From an uncultured Candidatus Rokubacteria bacterium (GTDB lineage Bacteria > Methylomirabilota > Methylomirabilia > Rokubacteriales > DASRDR01): a stretch of 64,000 nucleotides of DNA. Each line of letters opens with the position of its first letter. Within the stretch, counting starts at the first letter, position 1. Of the stretch, positions 19,048-28,547 are shown piece after piece. Below the pieces are notes generated by a model that ran no database searches, was not told where the DNA came from, and was given only the letters and a program-made list of their open reading frames with translations. The stretch is taken from NCBI GenBank assembly GCA_963805625.1, contig CAWDVE010000013.1, positions 512,001 through 576,000 of the forward strand, read 5' to 3'. The translations under genes were made by a program, and so were the position numbers.

Positions 19048-19206
19048 GCCGGACCACTCTAGCCGCGCCGGGAGGCTGGCGGCAAGACGGCTGGACGCGC
19101 CTCATGGACCGGCGGGCGGCGACGGCGAGCGTGTACACTGACCCGGGTGGCGTGGCAGCTTCTTGAGCGTTCGTGCCGACAATCCTCGCGAGCGGAGGCG
19201 GTCTTG

Positions 19207-21207
19207 ATGAGCGCACGAAAGATGGACCGAGCGGCGATCGGGTTCGACGAGATCGTCGGCAGCTCGGCGGCGACGTCGGGGCTTCTCGACGTTCAAACGG
19301 TGGGAGCGGGACCGGCGGGCAGCCTGCCGCTGACACCGGAGATGCTCCTCGACGGGCCGAGCGGCGATCTCTTCGGCTGGACCCAGAACGCGGGCATGGG
19401 GTGGGATCCCCGCGAGCTCGGGCGCCCCCAGTTCCTGATCCTCTCGACCCAGGGCGGCATCCGCGCGCCTGACGGCCGGCCGATCGCCCTCGGCTACCAC
19501 ACGGGCCACTGGGAGGTGGGCCTCCTGATGGAGGCGGCCGCGGGCGAGCTGCGCCGGCTCGAGTGCCTGCCGTTCGCCGGCTTCGTCACCGACCCCTGCG
19601 ACGGCCGGACCCAGGGCACGGTCGGGATGATGGACAGCCTCCCGTACCGGAATGACGCCGCCCAGGTCTTCCGCCGGCTCATCCGCTCGCTCCCGACGCG
19701 GCGCGGCGTCCTCGGAGTCGCCACGTGCGACAAGGGCCTCCCCGCGATGATGATGGCGCTCGCCGCGATGCGGGATCTGCCCTGCGTCCTGGTCCCGGGC
19801 GGGGTGACCCTCCCTGCCCGCGATGCGGAGGACGCCGGCACGGTGCAGTCCATCGGCGCGCGCTTCGCCCACGGCGAGATCACGCTCGCACGCGCGGCCG
19901 ACATGGGCTGCCGCGCGTGCGGGTCGGCGGGCGGAGGCTGCCAGTTCCTCGGGACGGCGGCGACGTCTCAGGTCGTCGGCGAGGCGCTCGGCCTCGCCCT
20001 GCCCCACTCGGCCCTGGCGCCGTCGGGCCAGCCGATCTGGCTGGACGCGGCCCGGCGATCTGCGCGCGCGCTGGTGGAGCTCGAGGCGCGCGGGCTCGCC
20101 ATCCGCGACATCCTCACCGACGCGGCCGTGCGGAATGCCATGATGGTCCACGCGGCGTTCGGGGGATCCACCAACCTCCTGCTCCATCTCACGGCGATCG
20201 CCCATGCAGCGGGCCTCCGGCGCCCCACCGTCGACGACTGGACCGAGATCAATCGCCGGGTCCCGCGGATCGTCGACGTCCTGCCCAACGGACCGCGCTA
20301 CCACCCGACGATCCGCGTCTTCATGGCCGGCGGCGTGCCCGAGGTGATGCTCCACCTCCGGCGACTCGGGCTCCTCGAGCTCGGCTGCCTCACCGCCTCC
20401 GGTGACACGCTCGGGCGAACGCTCGACTGGTGGGAGAGCTCCGAGCGCCGCCTCGCCCTGCGGGAGCGACTGCGCGCGCAAGACGGGGTGGATCCCGACG
20501 ACGTGATCATGTCACCGGAGCAAGCGCGAGCCCGGGGGCTCACCAGCACGATCACGTTCCCGCGCGGCAACCTCGCGCCCGAGGGATCCGTGATCAAGAG
20601 CACCGCCATCGATCCCACCGTGGTCGACGCCGACGGCGTCTACCGGAAGACGGGGCCAGCGCGCGTCTTCACGACGGAGCGCGCGGCGATCGCCGCAATC
20701 AAGAGCACGGGGCCCGAGCGTGTGAAGGCGGGCGATGTCCTGGTGCTGATCTGCCGCGGACCGCTGGGCACGGGCATGGAGGAGATCTACCAGATCACGG
20801 CTGCGCTCAAGCACCTGTCGTTCGGCAAGCACGTCGCCGTGCTCACGGACGCGCGCTTCTCCGGTGTCTCCACGGGTGCGTGCGTCGGGCACATCGCGCC
20901 CGAGGCGCTGGCCGGCGGCCCGATCGGCAGGCTTGTCGAGGGAGACCGGGTCCGGATCGTGATCGACCGGAACCGGCTCGAGGGCTCGATCGACCTGGTC
21001 GGCCACGGCGACCGCGAGTGGGACCCCGCGGAGGGTGCCCGTGTCCTCGCTGGCCGGCCGCCCCGACCCGACCTCGCGGCTGATCCCGATCTCCCGCCGG
21101 AGACCCGGCTCTGGGCGGCGCTCCAGGCAGTCGGCGGAGGCACCTGGGGCGGGTGCGTCTACGACGTCGACGCGATCACCGAGGTGCTCGGGCGCGGAGC
21201 CCGCTGA
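19207..21207 (+). CDS. yagF: YjhG/YagF family D-xylonate dehydratase (IlvD/Edd family)
   Basis: [68 protein letters not shown]. Confidence 0.9.
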   Translation: MSARKMDRAAIGFDEIVGSSAATSGLLDVQTVGAGPAGSLPLTPEMLLDGPSGDLFGWTQNAGMGWDPRELGRPQFLILSTQGGIRAPDGRPIALGYHTGHWEVGLLMEAAAGELRRLECLPFAGFVTDPCDGRTQGTVGMMDSLPYRNDAAQVFRRLIRSLPTRRGVLGVATCDKGLPAMMMALAAMRDLPCVLVPGGVTLPARDAEDAGTVQSIGARFAHGEITLARAADMGCRACGSAGGGCQFLGTAATSQVVGEALGLALPHSALAPSGQPIWLDAARRSARALVELEARGLAIRDILTDAAVRNAMMVHAAFGGSTNLLLHLTAIAHAAGLRRPTVDDWTEINRRVPRIVDVLPNGPRYHPTIRVFMAGGVPEVMLHLRRLGLLELGCLTASGDTLGRTLDWWESSERRLALRERLRAQDGVDPDDVIMSPEQARARGLTSTITFPRGNLAPEGSVIKSTAIDPTVVDADGVYRKTGPARVFTTERAAIAAIKSTGPERVKAGDVLVLICRGPLGTGMEEIYQITAALKHLSFGKHVAVLTDARFSGVSTGACVGHIAPEALAGGPIGRLVEGDRVRIVIDRNRLEGSIDLVGHGDREWDPAEGARVLAGRPPRPDLAADPDLPPETRLWAALQAVGGGTWGGCVYDVDAITEVLGRGAR

Positions 21208-21474
21208 CGCGCGTGGACGGTCGGCGGCGCCCGGATCCCCCCGCCGGGATGCCTGGCGCAGCGTCGCCCTCCGCACGGGCCGATCTCCTCGCATCACTCC
21301 TCATGCCGAGGGACAGGGCGCATTGAGCAATCGGCCCCTGGGGGCATCCTCCTCCTCGGCACGCTCACCATCCTCGGGGGCGACAACTGGCCCGCCAGTC
21401 TGGGGACTCACGGGCGGAGCGCCCGAATCGATGCCCGGGCATCAGGCCGTCTCAACAGCCAGGAGGGAGTCGAG

Positions 21475-21903
21475 ATGACGGCCGTGGCCCTGTCCGTCCA
21501 CCAGCGTTCCTCCCATCCGGTCCTGCGGCTGCTCCCGGTGCTCGCCATGCTGGCGACCGTGGCGGGGTGCGCCGCCGCTCCCCGGATCGATGTCCCGGCC
21601 GAGCTTCCCCTCCAGACCAACGACCAGCTCTTCACCATCCGGTGGGCGCTCCAGCGGGAGGCCTCCGTCGTGCGGGCGGTGGGACGGACGACTCCCTCGA
21701 TCGACGCCGAGGCCCGGCTGACTCTCGCCTTCTTCGGCCTGGACGCCGGGGGACGCATCGTCAGCCGCGGCACGACCTACCTGCGATCGGAGTTCGGCAC
21801 CCCGTCCATCCCGTTCGCCGTCGAGCTCACGCCGACCGGCAGCGAGGCGAGCTTCGAGCTGCGCATCCTGGACTACCACGTCCCGGGACTTCGCACGAAC
21901 TGA
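21475..21903 (+). CDS. Hypothetical lipoprotein
   Basis: AGGAGGG RBS; LATVAGC lipobox; beta-rich mature region. Confidence 0.7.
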   Translation: MTAVALSVHQRSSHPVLRLLPVLAMLATVAGCAAAPRIDVPAELPLQTNDQLFTIRWALQREASVVRAVGRTTPSIDAEARLTLAFFGLDAGGRIVSRGTTYLRSEFGTPSIPFAVELTPTGSEASFELRILDYHVPGLRTN

Positions 21904-22077
21904 GCCGCGGCCGCTCGGCCCTCTCTCGCTGCCGCTCTCACACGGCGGCGATTGCAGCAAGCAGGCGATCGCCTCTTGTGGATCGCGGGAGTCCTCGACT
22001 ATCCTGAGCGCGCCCGGACAGGACATCCCTGCCGCGTCGTGCGCGGGGCCTCCCAGAGCCGGACACGGACGCCCCAC

Positions 22078-23029
22078 GTGACGCCAGAACCGCCCTCGGC
22101 ACAGCTCGCCCACATCGGCGGGTCCGGCACGTGGGCTTTCCCTTACCCGGATGGCGCCCTGGACGGCCACCCGCACCTGTCGGTCGAGGTGGTGCAGGCC
22201 GGACATCCGGGTTGCGACCCCGTATGGCCCGTCGCCCTCCTTCCGCCTCTGCCGGCTGACCGACGGCCGCACGCGCCGGTCGACGGACTACCTTTACGTA
22301 TGGATGCACGGAATCGACCCTGAGAACCGATCGGAAGCCCCGGGCACCAGCGGGCGGGCCAGCGAGCGCGTGTTCGACGTGCTGCGGCGCGCCGGGGTCC
22401 GTCGCGTGATCGTCGACAACAGCACGGGCGGCGTCGCCGAAGACCTCCGCCCCTGGGACCTCGCTGTGGTGGGCGACGTCCTCGACCTCTCCAGCGTCGT
22501 GCCGCGCCCGGTGCCCCCGGGGCTCATCCGGTTCCGCGAGGCGCTGTGCCCCCGGCTCGGCCGCAACCTGGAGGGGGCCGCGCAGCGTGGCCTGCCGCGC
22601 TTGGCGGCGCAGGCTGGGGCCGGCGTGAGTCCCAAGGTCAAGCCTGGCGCCCTCTACGTTCACAGCCCCGGCCCCTGGTTCGAGACGCCGACAGAGGACC
22701 GCCTCTACCGCCGGCTCGGGCTCGATCTCGTGGGCAAGACGGCCGGCCCCGAGTATCGCCTGGCCCGGATGTACGGCATGTGTCTCGGCATTCTCTCGAT
22801 CGTGGTCAACCCGGCGGAGGGGCTCGGGGAGTTCGAGCACGCCGACCTCCGCGCGATCTATCGCCGCTGCGGACCGGCCATGGCCCGCATGGTCGTGGAG
22901 GCTCTCGCCGAGGCCGCCGCCGAACCCCACCGCGCCGACGGCTGTCACTGCGCCGATGAGCGCAGTGGCTCGCTCTTCCGGGAATTCTCCGTTCACGCCC
23001 GCTATGGAGGAGACCGCCACCATGGCTAG
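22078..23029 (+). CDS. Divergent MTAP/purine nucleoside phosphorylase family protein (one frameshift near 22200)
   Basis: LAHIGGSG in one frame; TPYGPSP, LCPRL, PGPWFETPTE, LVGKTAGPE, VVNPAEG and C-terminal CHC in the next. Confidence 0.75.
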
Positions 23030-24071
23030 CCACCGCACCCTGCTCCCGCTCGCCCTCTCGCTCCTCCTGGGTCTCGGTTGGGGCCTCGGCTGGACCGCGC
23101 CGCCCCCGGCCGCCGCCCAGACGGAGGTCCGGACCCAGCTCGGGTGGCTCCGCAACGGGGAGTTCGCGCCCGTCATGGTCGCCGAGGCCAAGGGCTTCTT
23201 CACCGAGGAAGGCATCCGGCACCGCATCATGGACGGCGGCCCGGGCAAGAACCCCGTGCCCATCGTGGGGGCGGGGCAGGCGACTTTCGGGATCACGGCT
23301 GGCGGCAACAACGTCTTCCAGGCCCGGCTCGCGAAGGATCCCGTGGATGTCGTGGCGGTGGGAACGCTCCTCCAACGGGGCCCCTACAGCTACATCACCC
23401 TGGCGAATCTCGCCGACCCTGACCCGAAACCGAAGGACCTCGAGGGCAAGGTCGTCGGGATGCAGTCCGACGGCGAGATCTTCCTCAAGGCGTTCGCCAA
23501 GAAGCACGGAGTGGATCTCTCGAAGGTGAAGGTGGAGGTCGTCCAGGCCAATGCCGAGCCGCTCCTGGTGGGCCGCGTCGACTTCTTCACGGGCTGGGTG
23601 ACCAACCAGCCGTACCTGATCGAGCAGGAGATCGCCAAGCCCGACGCGATGCCCCGCCTCCGGGGCAAGACCTGGAAGGCGATGCGCTACGCCGACTGGG
23701 GGATCCGGAGCTACTCCGACGTCATCTTCGCGACCGGGAAGACCGTCCGCGAGAACCCCGATCTGGTCCGGCGTTACGTGCGGGCGGTGGCGCGGGCCAT
23801 GCAGTACATCCTCGAGAACCCCGAGGAGACGGTGCAGATGGTGGCGAGCTTCCCGGACCAGGTCGAGAAGGCGGACAAGCTCGCGTGGCGCTGGAAGATC
23901 CAGAACGCCCTGTTCACCAGCGAGGACACCAAGAAGAATGGTCTCCTCTGGATGAACCCGGCCGTCTGGGACGAGATGATGGCCTTCTACAAGGAGTACG
24001 AGCAGATTCCGCGTGTCGTCCCGGCTGACGAGATGATGACCAACGGGTTCAACCCCGGCATCAAGCGCTGA
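23022..24071 (+). CDS. ABC transporter substrate-binding protein, NMT1/THI5-like
   Basis: GGAGGAG RBS; signal peptide; QLGWLRNGEFAPVMVAEAKGFFTEEGI, GWVTNQP, YSDVIF. Confidence 0.88.
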   Translation: MASHRTLLPLALSLLLGLGWGLGWTAPPPAAAQTEVRTQLGWLRNGEFAPVMVAEAKGFFTEEGIRHRIMDGGPGKNPVPIVGAGQATFGITAGGNNVFQARLAKDPVDVVAVGTLLQRGPYSYITLANLADPDPKPKDLEGKVVGMQSDGEIFLKAFAKKHGVDLSKVKVEVVQANAEPLLVGRVDFFTGWVTNQPYLIEQEIAKPDAMPRLRGKTWKAMRYADWGIRSYSDVIFATGKTVRENPDLVRRYVRAVARAMQYILENPEETVQMVASFPDQVEKADKLAWRWKIQNALFTSEDTKKNGLLWMNPAVWDEMMAFYKEYEQIPRVVPADEMMTNGFNPGIKR

Positions 24072-24154
24072 CCGGGCGGCGAGTCGAGAAAAGGTCCGCC
24101 GGGACGTCCGGCCGCGCGCCTGGCACCGCGGCTGGTCGATCGGAGCCTGATCGC

Positions 24155-24931
24155 GTGCTCCCGATCTCGATCCGCGGCGTCTCCCGCCGCTTCGACGCGA
24201 CGCTCGCGCTGGACCGAATGGATCTCGAGGTGCGCGCCGGGGAGTTCGTCGCCCTGGTCGGCCCCTCCGGCTGCGGCAAGACGACGCTCCTCCGGATCGT
24301 CGCCGACCTCGAGTCCCCGTCGAGCGGCGAGGTCCGGATCGGCCCCCAGCCTGCCGGCGCCGCCCGCGCGCAGCGCCTGCTGGGGCTCGTGTCGCAGCGG
24401 CCCGCCGTCCTGCCCTGGAAGCGCGCCATCGACGACGTCCTGTTCACCCAGCGCATCGCGCGGCGCGCGGGCTTCCCCGCCGGCGAGCTCCTGCGGGAGT
24501 TCGGGCTCGAAGGGCACGAGGAGAAGCGCCCTCACCACCTCTCGGGCGGCATGCTCCAGCGAGTCAACATCGCGAGCGCGCTGGCCCACGATCCTCCCGT
24601 GCTGCTGATGGACGAGCCTTTCTCGGCCCTCGACGAGATGAAGCGGGAGGAGCTCGGGGAGTGGCTCGGCCAGGAGCTCGCGCGGCGGCCCAAGACGGTC
24701 CTGTTCGTCACGCATCACATCGACGAGGCGGTGCTCCTGGCGGACCGCGTGCTGGTCTTCTCCCCCGCCCCGGGCCGCGTCCTCGAGCTGGTCCCGGTGC
24801 CGGCGGCGCGCCCCCGCGGTCCGGAGTTCCGGCGCGATGCGGGATTCGTGGAGACGGCAGCCCACATCCGGCGGCTCCTCTTCCGGGCCTCGGGGGCCGG
24901 CGCCCGGGTGTCCGCCACGGTGCCGAAATGA
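24155..24931 (+). CDS. ABC transporter ATP-binding protein (TauB/SsuB-like)
   Basis: GPSGCGKTT, LSGGMLQR, LLMDEPFSALD, FVTHHIDEA. Confidence 0.93.
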   Translation: MLPISIRGVSRRFDATLALDRMDLEVRAGEFVALVGPSGCGKTTLLRIVADLESPSSGEVRIGPQPAGAARAQRLLGLVSQRPAVLPWKRAIDDVLFTQRIARRAGFPAGELLREFGLEGHEEKRPHHLSGGMLQRVNIASALAHDPPVLLMDEPFSALDEMKREELGEWLGQELARRPKTVLFVTHHIDEAVLLADRVLVFSPAPGRVLELVPVPAARPRGPEFRRDAGFVETAAHIRRLLFRASGAGARVSATVPK

Positions 24932-25695
24932 CACGCGCCCTCGGCCGAGCTCTGGTACAGGTCGTGATGCCGGTCGTCTCGATCCTGATCCTCTGGTATC
25001 TCGCGATCCTGACCACGGGCCTGCCGGCCTTCGTCATCCCGCGCCCCGAACGTGTCTTCCAGGCGCTGGTGGCCGATCGGGGGCTCATCACGCGTCACCT
25101 GATCGAGACGCTGAAGGCCGCGGCGGTGGGGTACGTCCTCGCCAACGTCGTGGGGATCGGTCTCGCCGCACTGCTGGTCGCGCTCCCCGTGGCGCGCCAG
25201 CTGGTCATGCCGGCTGCGATCACGCTCCGGAACGTGCCCTACGTGGCTCTGGTCACGGTCCTGTCGCTGGCGCTCGGTGACACCCTCGGCTCCAAGGTCG
25301 CGATCGTCGTGCTGGCGGGATTCTTTCCTGTCATGGTCAACACGTACCGGGGCTTTCTGGCCGCGGATCCGGTGGTGCTCGACCGGATGCGCGTCCTCAG
25401 CGCGAGCCCGCTCGAGACCTTCCTCCACGTTCGCCTGCCCTACGCGCTTCCGTACATCGTCTCCGCGCAGGAGATCACCGGCAGCGGGAGCATCATCGTG
25501 GCCATCGCCGCCGAGTGGATGATCTCGGGCTCGGGGCTCGGCTACGTGATCAACCGCGCCATGCAGCAGTACCGCGGCGACCAGGTGTACGCGGTCGCGC
25601 TCCTGGCGGCGCTCCTCTCGTTCCTCGTGTACTCCGCGGTCCACGTCATAGGGCGGCGCCTCGACTGGCAGGGAGCCGCGCGGGACCGCGCGTGA
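24928..25695 (+). CDS. ABC transporter permease (TauC/SsuC-like)
   Basis: ATGA overlap; FVIPRP, FFPVMVNT, RLPYALPYI, AEWMISGSGLG. Confidence 0.9.
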   Translation: MTRALGRALVQVVMPVVSILILWYLAILTTGLPAFVIPRPERVFQALVADRGLITRHLIETLKAAAVGYVLANVVGIGLAALLVALPVARQLVMPAAITLRNVPYVALVTVLSLALGDTLGSKVAIVVLAGFFPVMVNTYRGFLAADPVVLDRMRVLSASPLETFLHVRLPYALPYIVSAQEITGSGSIIVAIAAEWMISGSGLGYVINRAMQQYRGDQVYAVALLAALLSFLVYSAVHVIGRRLDWQGAARDRA

Positions 25696-25708
25696 GCGCC
25701 TCCGCTCC

Positions 25709-26335
25709 GTGATGCGCGCGTCCTCGCATACCTGGGGTCTCGCCGCGGTCGCAGCGGCGGGCATCGTCGCCGTCAGCGCCGTCGTGGCCGCAACCGGCGT
25801 CCTGCCGGGCGAGTCGGCGGTGCGTGCCGTGGTCCGCGGAGCTTCGTCCCCCGAGATGAGGTCCCTTGCCCGTACCATCCGCCCCCTGGGCACGTGGTGG
25901 GGGATCGTTCCCGGGGTCCTGCTGCTCCTGGCCATGTCGCGTCACGCCCGCCGGCGGTGGTGGCTGTGGGGCCTGGCCCTCATCGTGGCACCGCTGGCCG
26001 GCGAGGCCCTGCAGGAGCTGGTGGGTCGGCTCCGGCCCCGGGGCCCGGCCCTCGGCTTTCCGAGCGGACACGCCACCGCCGTCGCGGCCTTCGCTGTCGC
26101 GACGATTTACCTGGTCGAGCGCTCGAGACTGCCGCGCGCCCTGCGGGCGGCCATCGCGCTCCTGGCCGTGATCCTGACACTCGCCGTCGGACTTTCGCGG
26201 ATCGTGCTCGACGCCCACTGGCCCCTCGACGTCGTCGCGGGATTCGCGCTCGGCGCCGCCGGCACCGCCGCCGCGGCCTGGTGGGACACGTCCCACCCGC
26301 CAGAGCAGCCAGAGAAGCCTCCGCGTAGCCGATAG
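25709..26335 (+). CDS. PAP2 superfamily phosphatase
   Basis: RLRP, FPSGHAT, SRIVLDAHWPLDV. Confidence 0.88.
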   Translation: MMRASSHTWGLAAVAAAGIVAVSAVVAATGVLPGESAVRAVVRGASSPEMRSLARTIRPLGTWWGIVPGVLLLLAMSRHARRRWWLWGLALIVAPLAGEALQELVGRLRPRGPALGFPSGHATAVAAFAVATIYLVERSRLPRALRAAIALLAVILTLAVGLSRIVLDAHWPLDVVAGFALGAAGTAAAAWWDTSHPPEQPEKPPRSR

Positions 26336-26827
26336 CGCCTCGGTTCAGATTGAGACTCTGTGCCATCGCCAACCGCCACCTCGAGGGCACCCAGCGCGCG
26401 TACCGGGAGGCCGGGCTCGAACACGCGAAACGGGAGCTCCTTCCTCGCCACGCATGCCTGTTCAGATGTGGGCCTGATCTGGAAGACGCTCTCCCAGGTG
26501 GCGGACATTCCCGTCATCGGGACCCCGCTGCGGTTCATCTCGTCGGCGCCGGCGGGGTGCCTCGCGCCGGAGGCCCCATCGGGCCCCGGCACGTCGCCCG
26601 CGATCCGCTCGGATCCCGCGCTCCCCCGGCCTAACCGCGCTGTACACGGTTCCCAGCTGAGCCCACGCGCCCGTTCACCCATACAATTGGGCAGGCGCGG
26701 GGCGGGCCGGGCGGTCGGCAACCACGTCCGGTGCCACGAGCCGGCTCTCCGGAGTGGCGGGTCGGCCGGCCGACGCCTCCACCGGCAGCTCGAGCGGTCT
26801 CCCTAGAGGACGAAGGCGAGGGTCTGG

Positions 26828-28546
26828 ATGCAGAGATGGCAGCCCCGGACGCTGACCGGGGTGGCGTTCCTCCTGGCCGCGGTGCTGTTCTTCGCCCGGC
26901 TCGGCGACCTGCCGCTCATCGACCCCGATGAGGGGCGAAACGCCGAGGTCGCGAGGGAGATGGCCGAATCCGGCGCGTGGGTGGTGCCGACCTTCAATGC
27001 GATTCCCTACCTCGACAAGCCGGCGCTCTACTTCCGCGCGGTCGCTTTCTCGTTCAGCGCCTTCGGGCGCAGCGAGACCACCGCCCGTCTGCCCTCCGCG
27101 CTGAGCGCCGCGGCCCTGGTCGTCATGATGTTCGTGTTCTGCCGGCGCGTCTATGGCGAGCGGACGGCCGCGTTGACCGTGCTCGTCCTGGCGACGACCC
27201 CCCTCGTGATCGGCTTCGCGCGGCTGGTCATCTTCGACATGCCGCTCGCACTGTTCATGTCCGCTGCCATCCTGGCCGGCCACCTTGCCGAGGAAGACGC
27301 GGAGCCGACGCGCCGGCGATGGCTCCTGCTCGGCGCGGCCTCGAGCGCGGTCGCCACCCTGATCAAGGGGCCGGTGGGATTCCTCGTGCCGGGCGCGGTC
27401 CTGGCGGTCCTCCACCTCGTCGAGCGGCGCCCGCGGGCGATCCTGCGCATGCTGGCGCCGGTGAATCTCCTCGTCTTCCTCGCCCTCGTCCTGCCGTGGT
27501 TCGTCGCCCTCCTCCACGAGCACCCCGAGTTCCTCCACTACGGCCTGGTCGAGGAGACCATGCGCCGCTACCTCACCACGACCTTCCGCCGGAGCGAGCC
27601 CGTCTACTACTACGGGCCGATCCTGCTGCTGGTCTTCTACCCGTGGAGCGTGCTCTTGCCCGAGGCCGTGGTGGCGGCCTGGCGGAGCCGCGCCCGGTGG
27701 ACGCGGACCGACCGCTTCTTCATCGTGTGGGCGGTGGTCGTGGTGGTCTTCTTCTCGAGCTCGCAGTCCAAACGCCCGGGCTACATCCTCCCGGGCATCG
27801 TCGCGCTCGCGGTCCTGACGGGGCGCCTGTTCGACCACGCCCTCGCCGGAAGGGAGAACCGGGCCGTCCGGCTCATCCTCCGCGGAGCGCTCGGGGTCGC
27901 GATCCTCAGCGCTGTCGCTGCCGGCGCGCTGTCAGTCAACCTGGGCGGACCGGAGCGCCTCGAGACCCTGCTCGGCTTCGAGAGCAACGAGTTCCGCCGG
28001 CTGCAGCCCGACGTGGGCATTCTCGTCGCGTCCCTCCTGGGCGTGGCGATCATGGCCTCCGCGGTCCGATTCTGGCGCGATGTCCGGCTGGCCCTCGGGG
28101 TGTTCGCGCTCCCCGCGGTCCTGTTCCTGTCGGCCGGTTTCGGCACGGCCGCCCGCTACGCGGAGGCGAGCTCGGCGCGCGCGCTGGCGCGCGCGATCTC
28201 ACCGCTGCCGCCCGGCGCCACGGTCGCCTGTCTCGAGTGCTTCGCCGTCGGTCTGCCCTTCTACGTGGGTCAACCGGTGATCTACATCACCCAGCGTGGC
28301 CGAGGGGGGCTGACCAGCAACTATGTCCGCTACCGCCTGAAGCACGATGCCAACTGGCCGGCGGTGCTCGTCCGGCTGGACGACCGGACGCGGTGGCTGG
28401 CAAGCCAGACGGTGCCCGTGTACGTGCTGACCAAGGACCACGGTCGGCCCTTGCTCGACGACATCGCCAGGTCCCGGGGTGTCCCCGTGGTGGAGCTCCG
28501 CCCGGGCTGGTGGGGCGCCCTCGTGCCTCCGCCGACTCGGTCCTGA
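26828..28546 (+). CDS. ArnT/PMT-like (GT39/GT83) membrane glycosyltransferase
   Basis: DPDEGRNAEVAREM, YLDKPALY, RLPSA, FDMPL, KGPVG, SKRPGYILP. Confidence 0.9.
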   Translation: MQRWQPRTLTGVAFLLAAVLFFARLGDLPLIDPDEGRNAEVAREMAESGAWVVPTFNAIPYLDKPALYFRAVAFSFSAFGRSETTARLPSALSAAALVVMMFVFCRRVYGERTAALTVLVLATTPLVIGFARLVIFDMPLALFMSAAILAGHLAEEDAEPTRRRWLLLGAASSAVATLIKGPVGFLVPGAVLAVLHLVERRPRAILRMLAPVNLLVFLALVLPWFVALLHEHPEFLHYGLVEETMRRYLTTTFRRSEPVYYYGPILLLVFYPWSVLLPEAVVAAWRSRARWTRTDRFFIVWAVVVVVFFSSSQSKRPGYILPGIVALAVLTGRLFDHALAGRENRAVRLILRGALGVAILSAVAAGALSVNLGGPERLETLLGFESNEFRRLQPDVGILVASLLGVAIMASAVRFWRDVRLALGVFALPAVLFLSAGFGTAARYAEASSARALARAISPLPPGATVACLECFAVGLPFYVGQPVIYITQRGRGGLTSNYVRYRLKHDANWPAVLVRLDDRTRWLASQTVPVYVLTKDHGRPLLDDIARSRGVPVVELRPGWWGALVPPPTRS

Positions 28547-28547
28547 G

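Noticed and set aside
26340-26820. Possible small CDS or gene remnant between PAP2 and ArnT (…SSFLATHACSDVGLIWKTLSQVADIPVIG…)
   Set aside because: It looks coding-like but is frame-broken, and I cannot assign a family.
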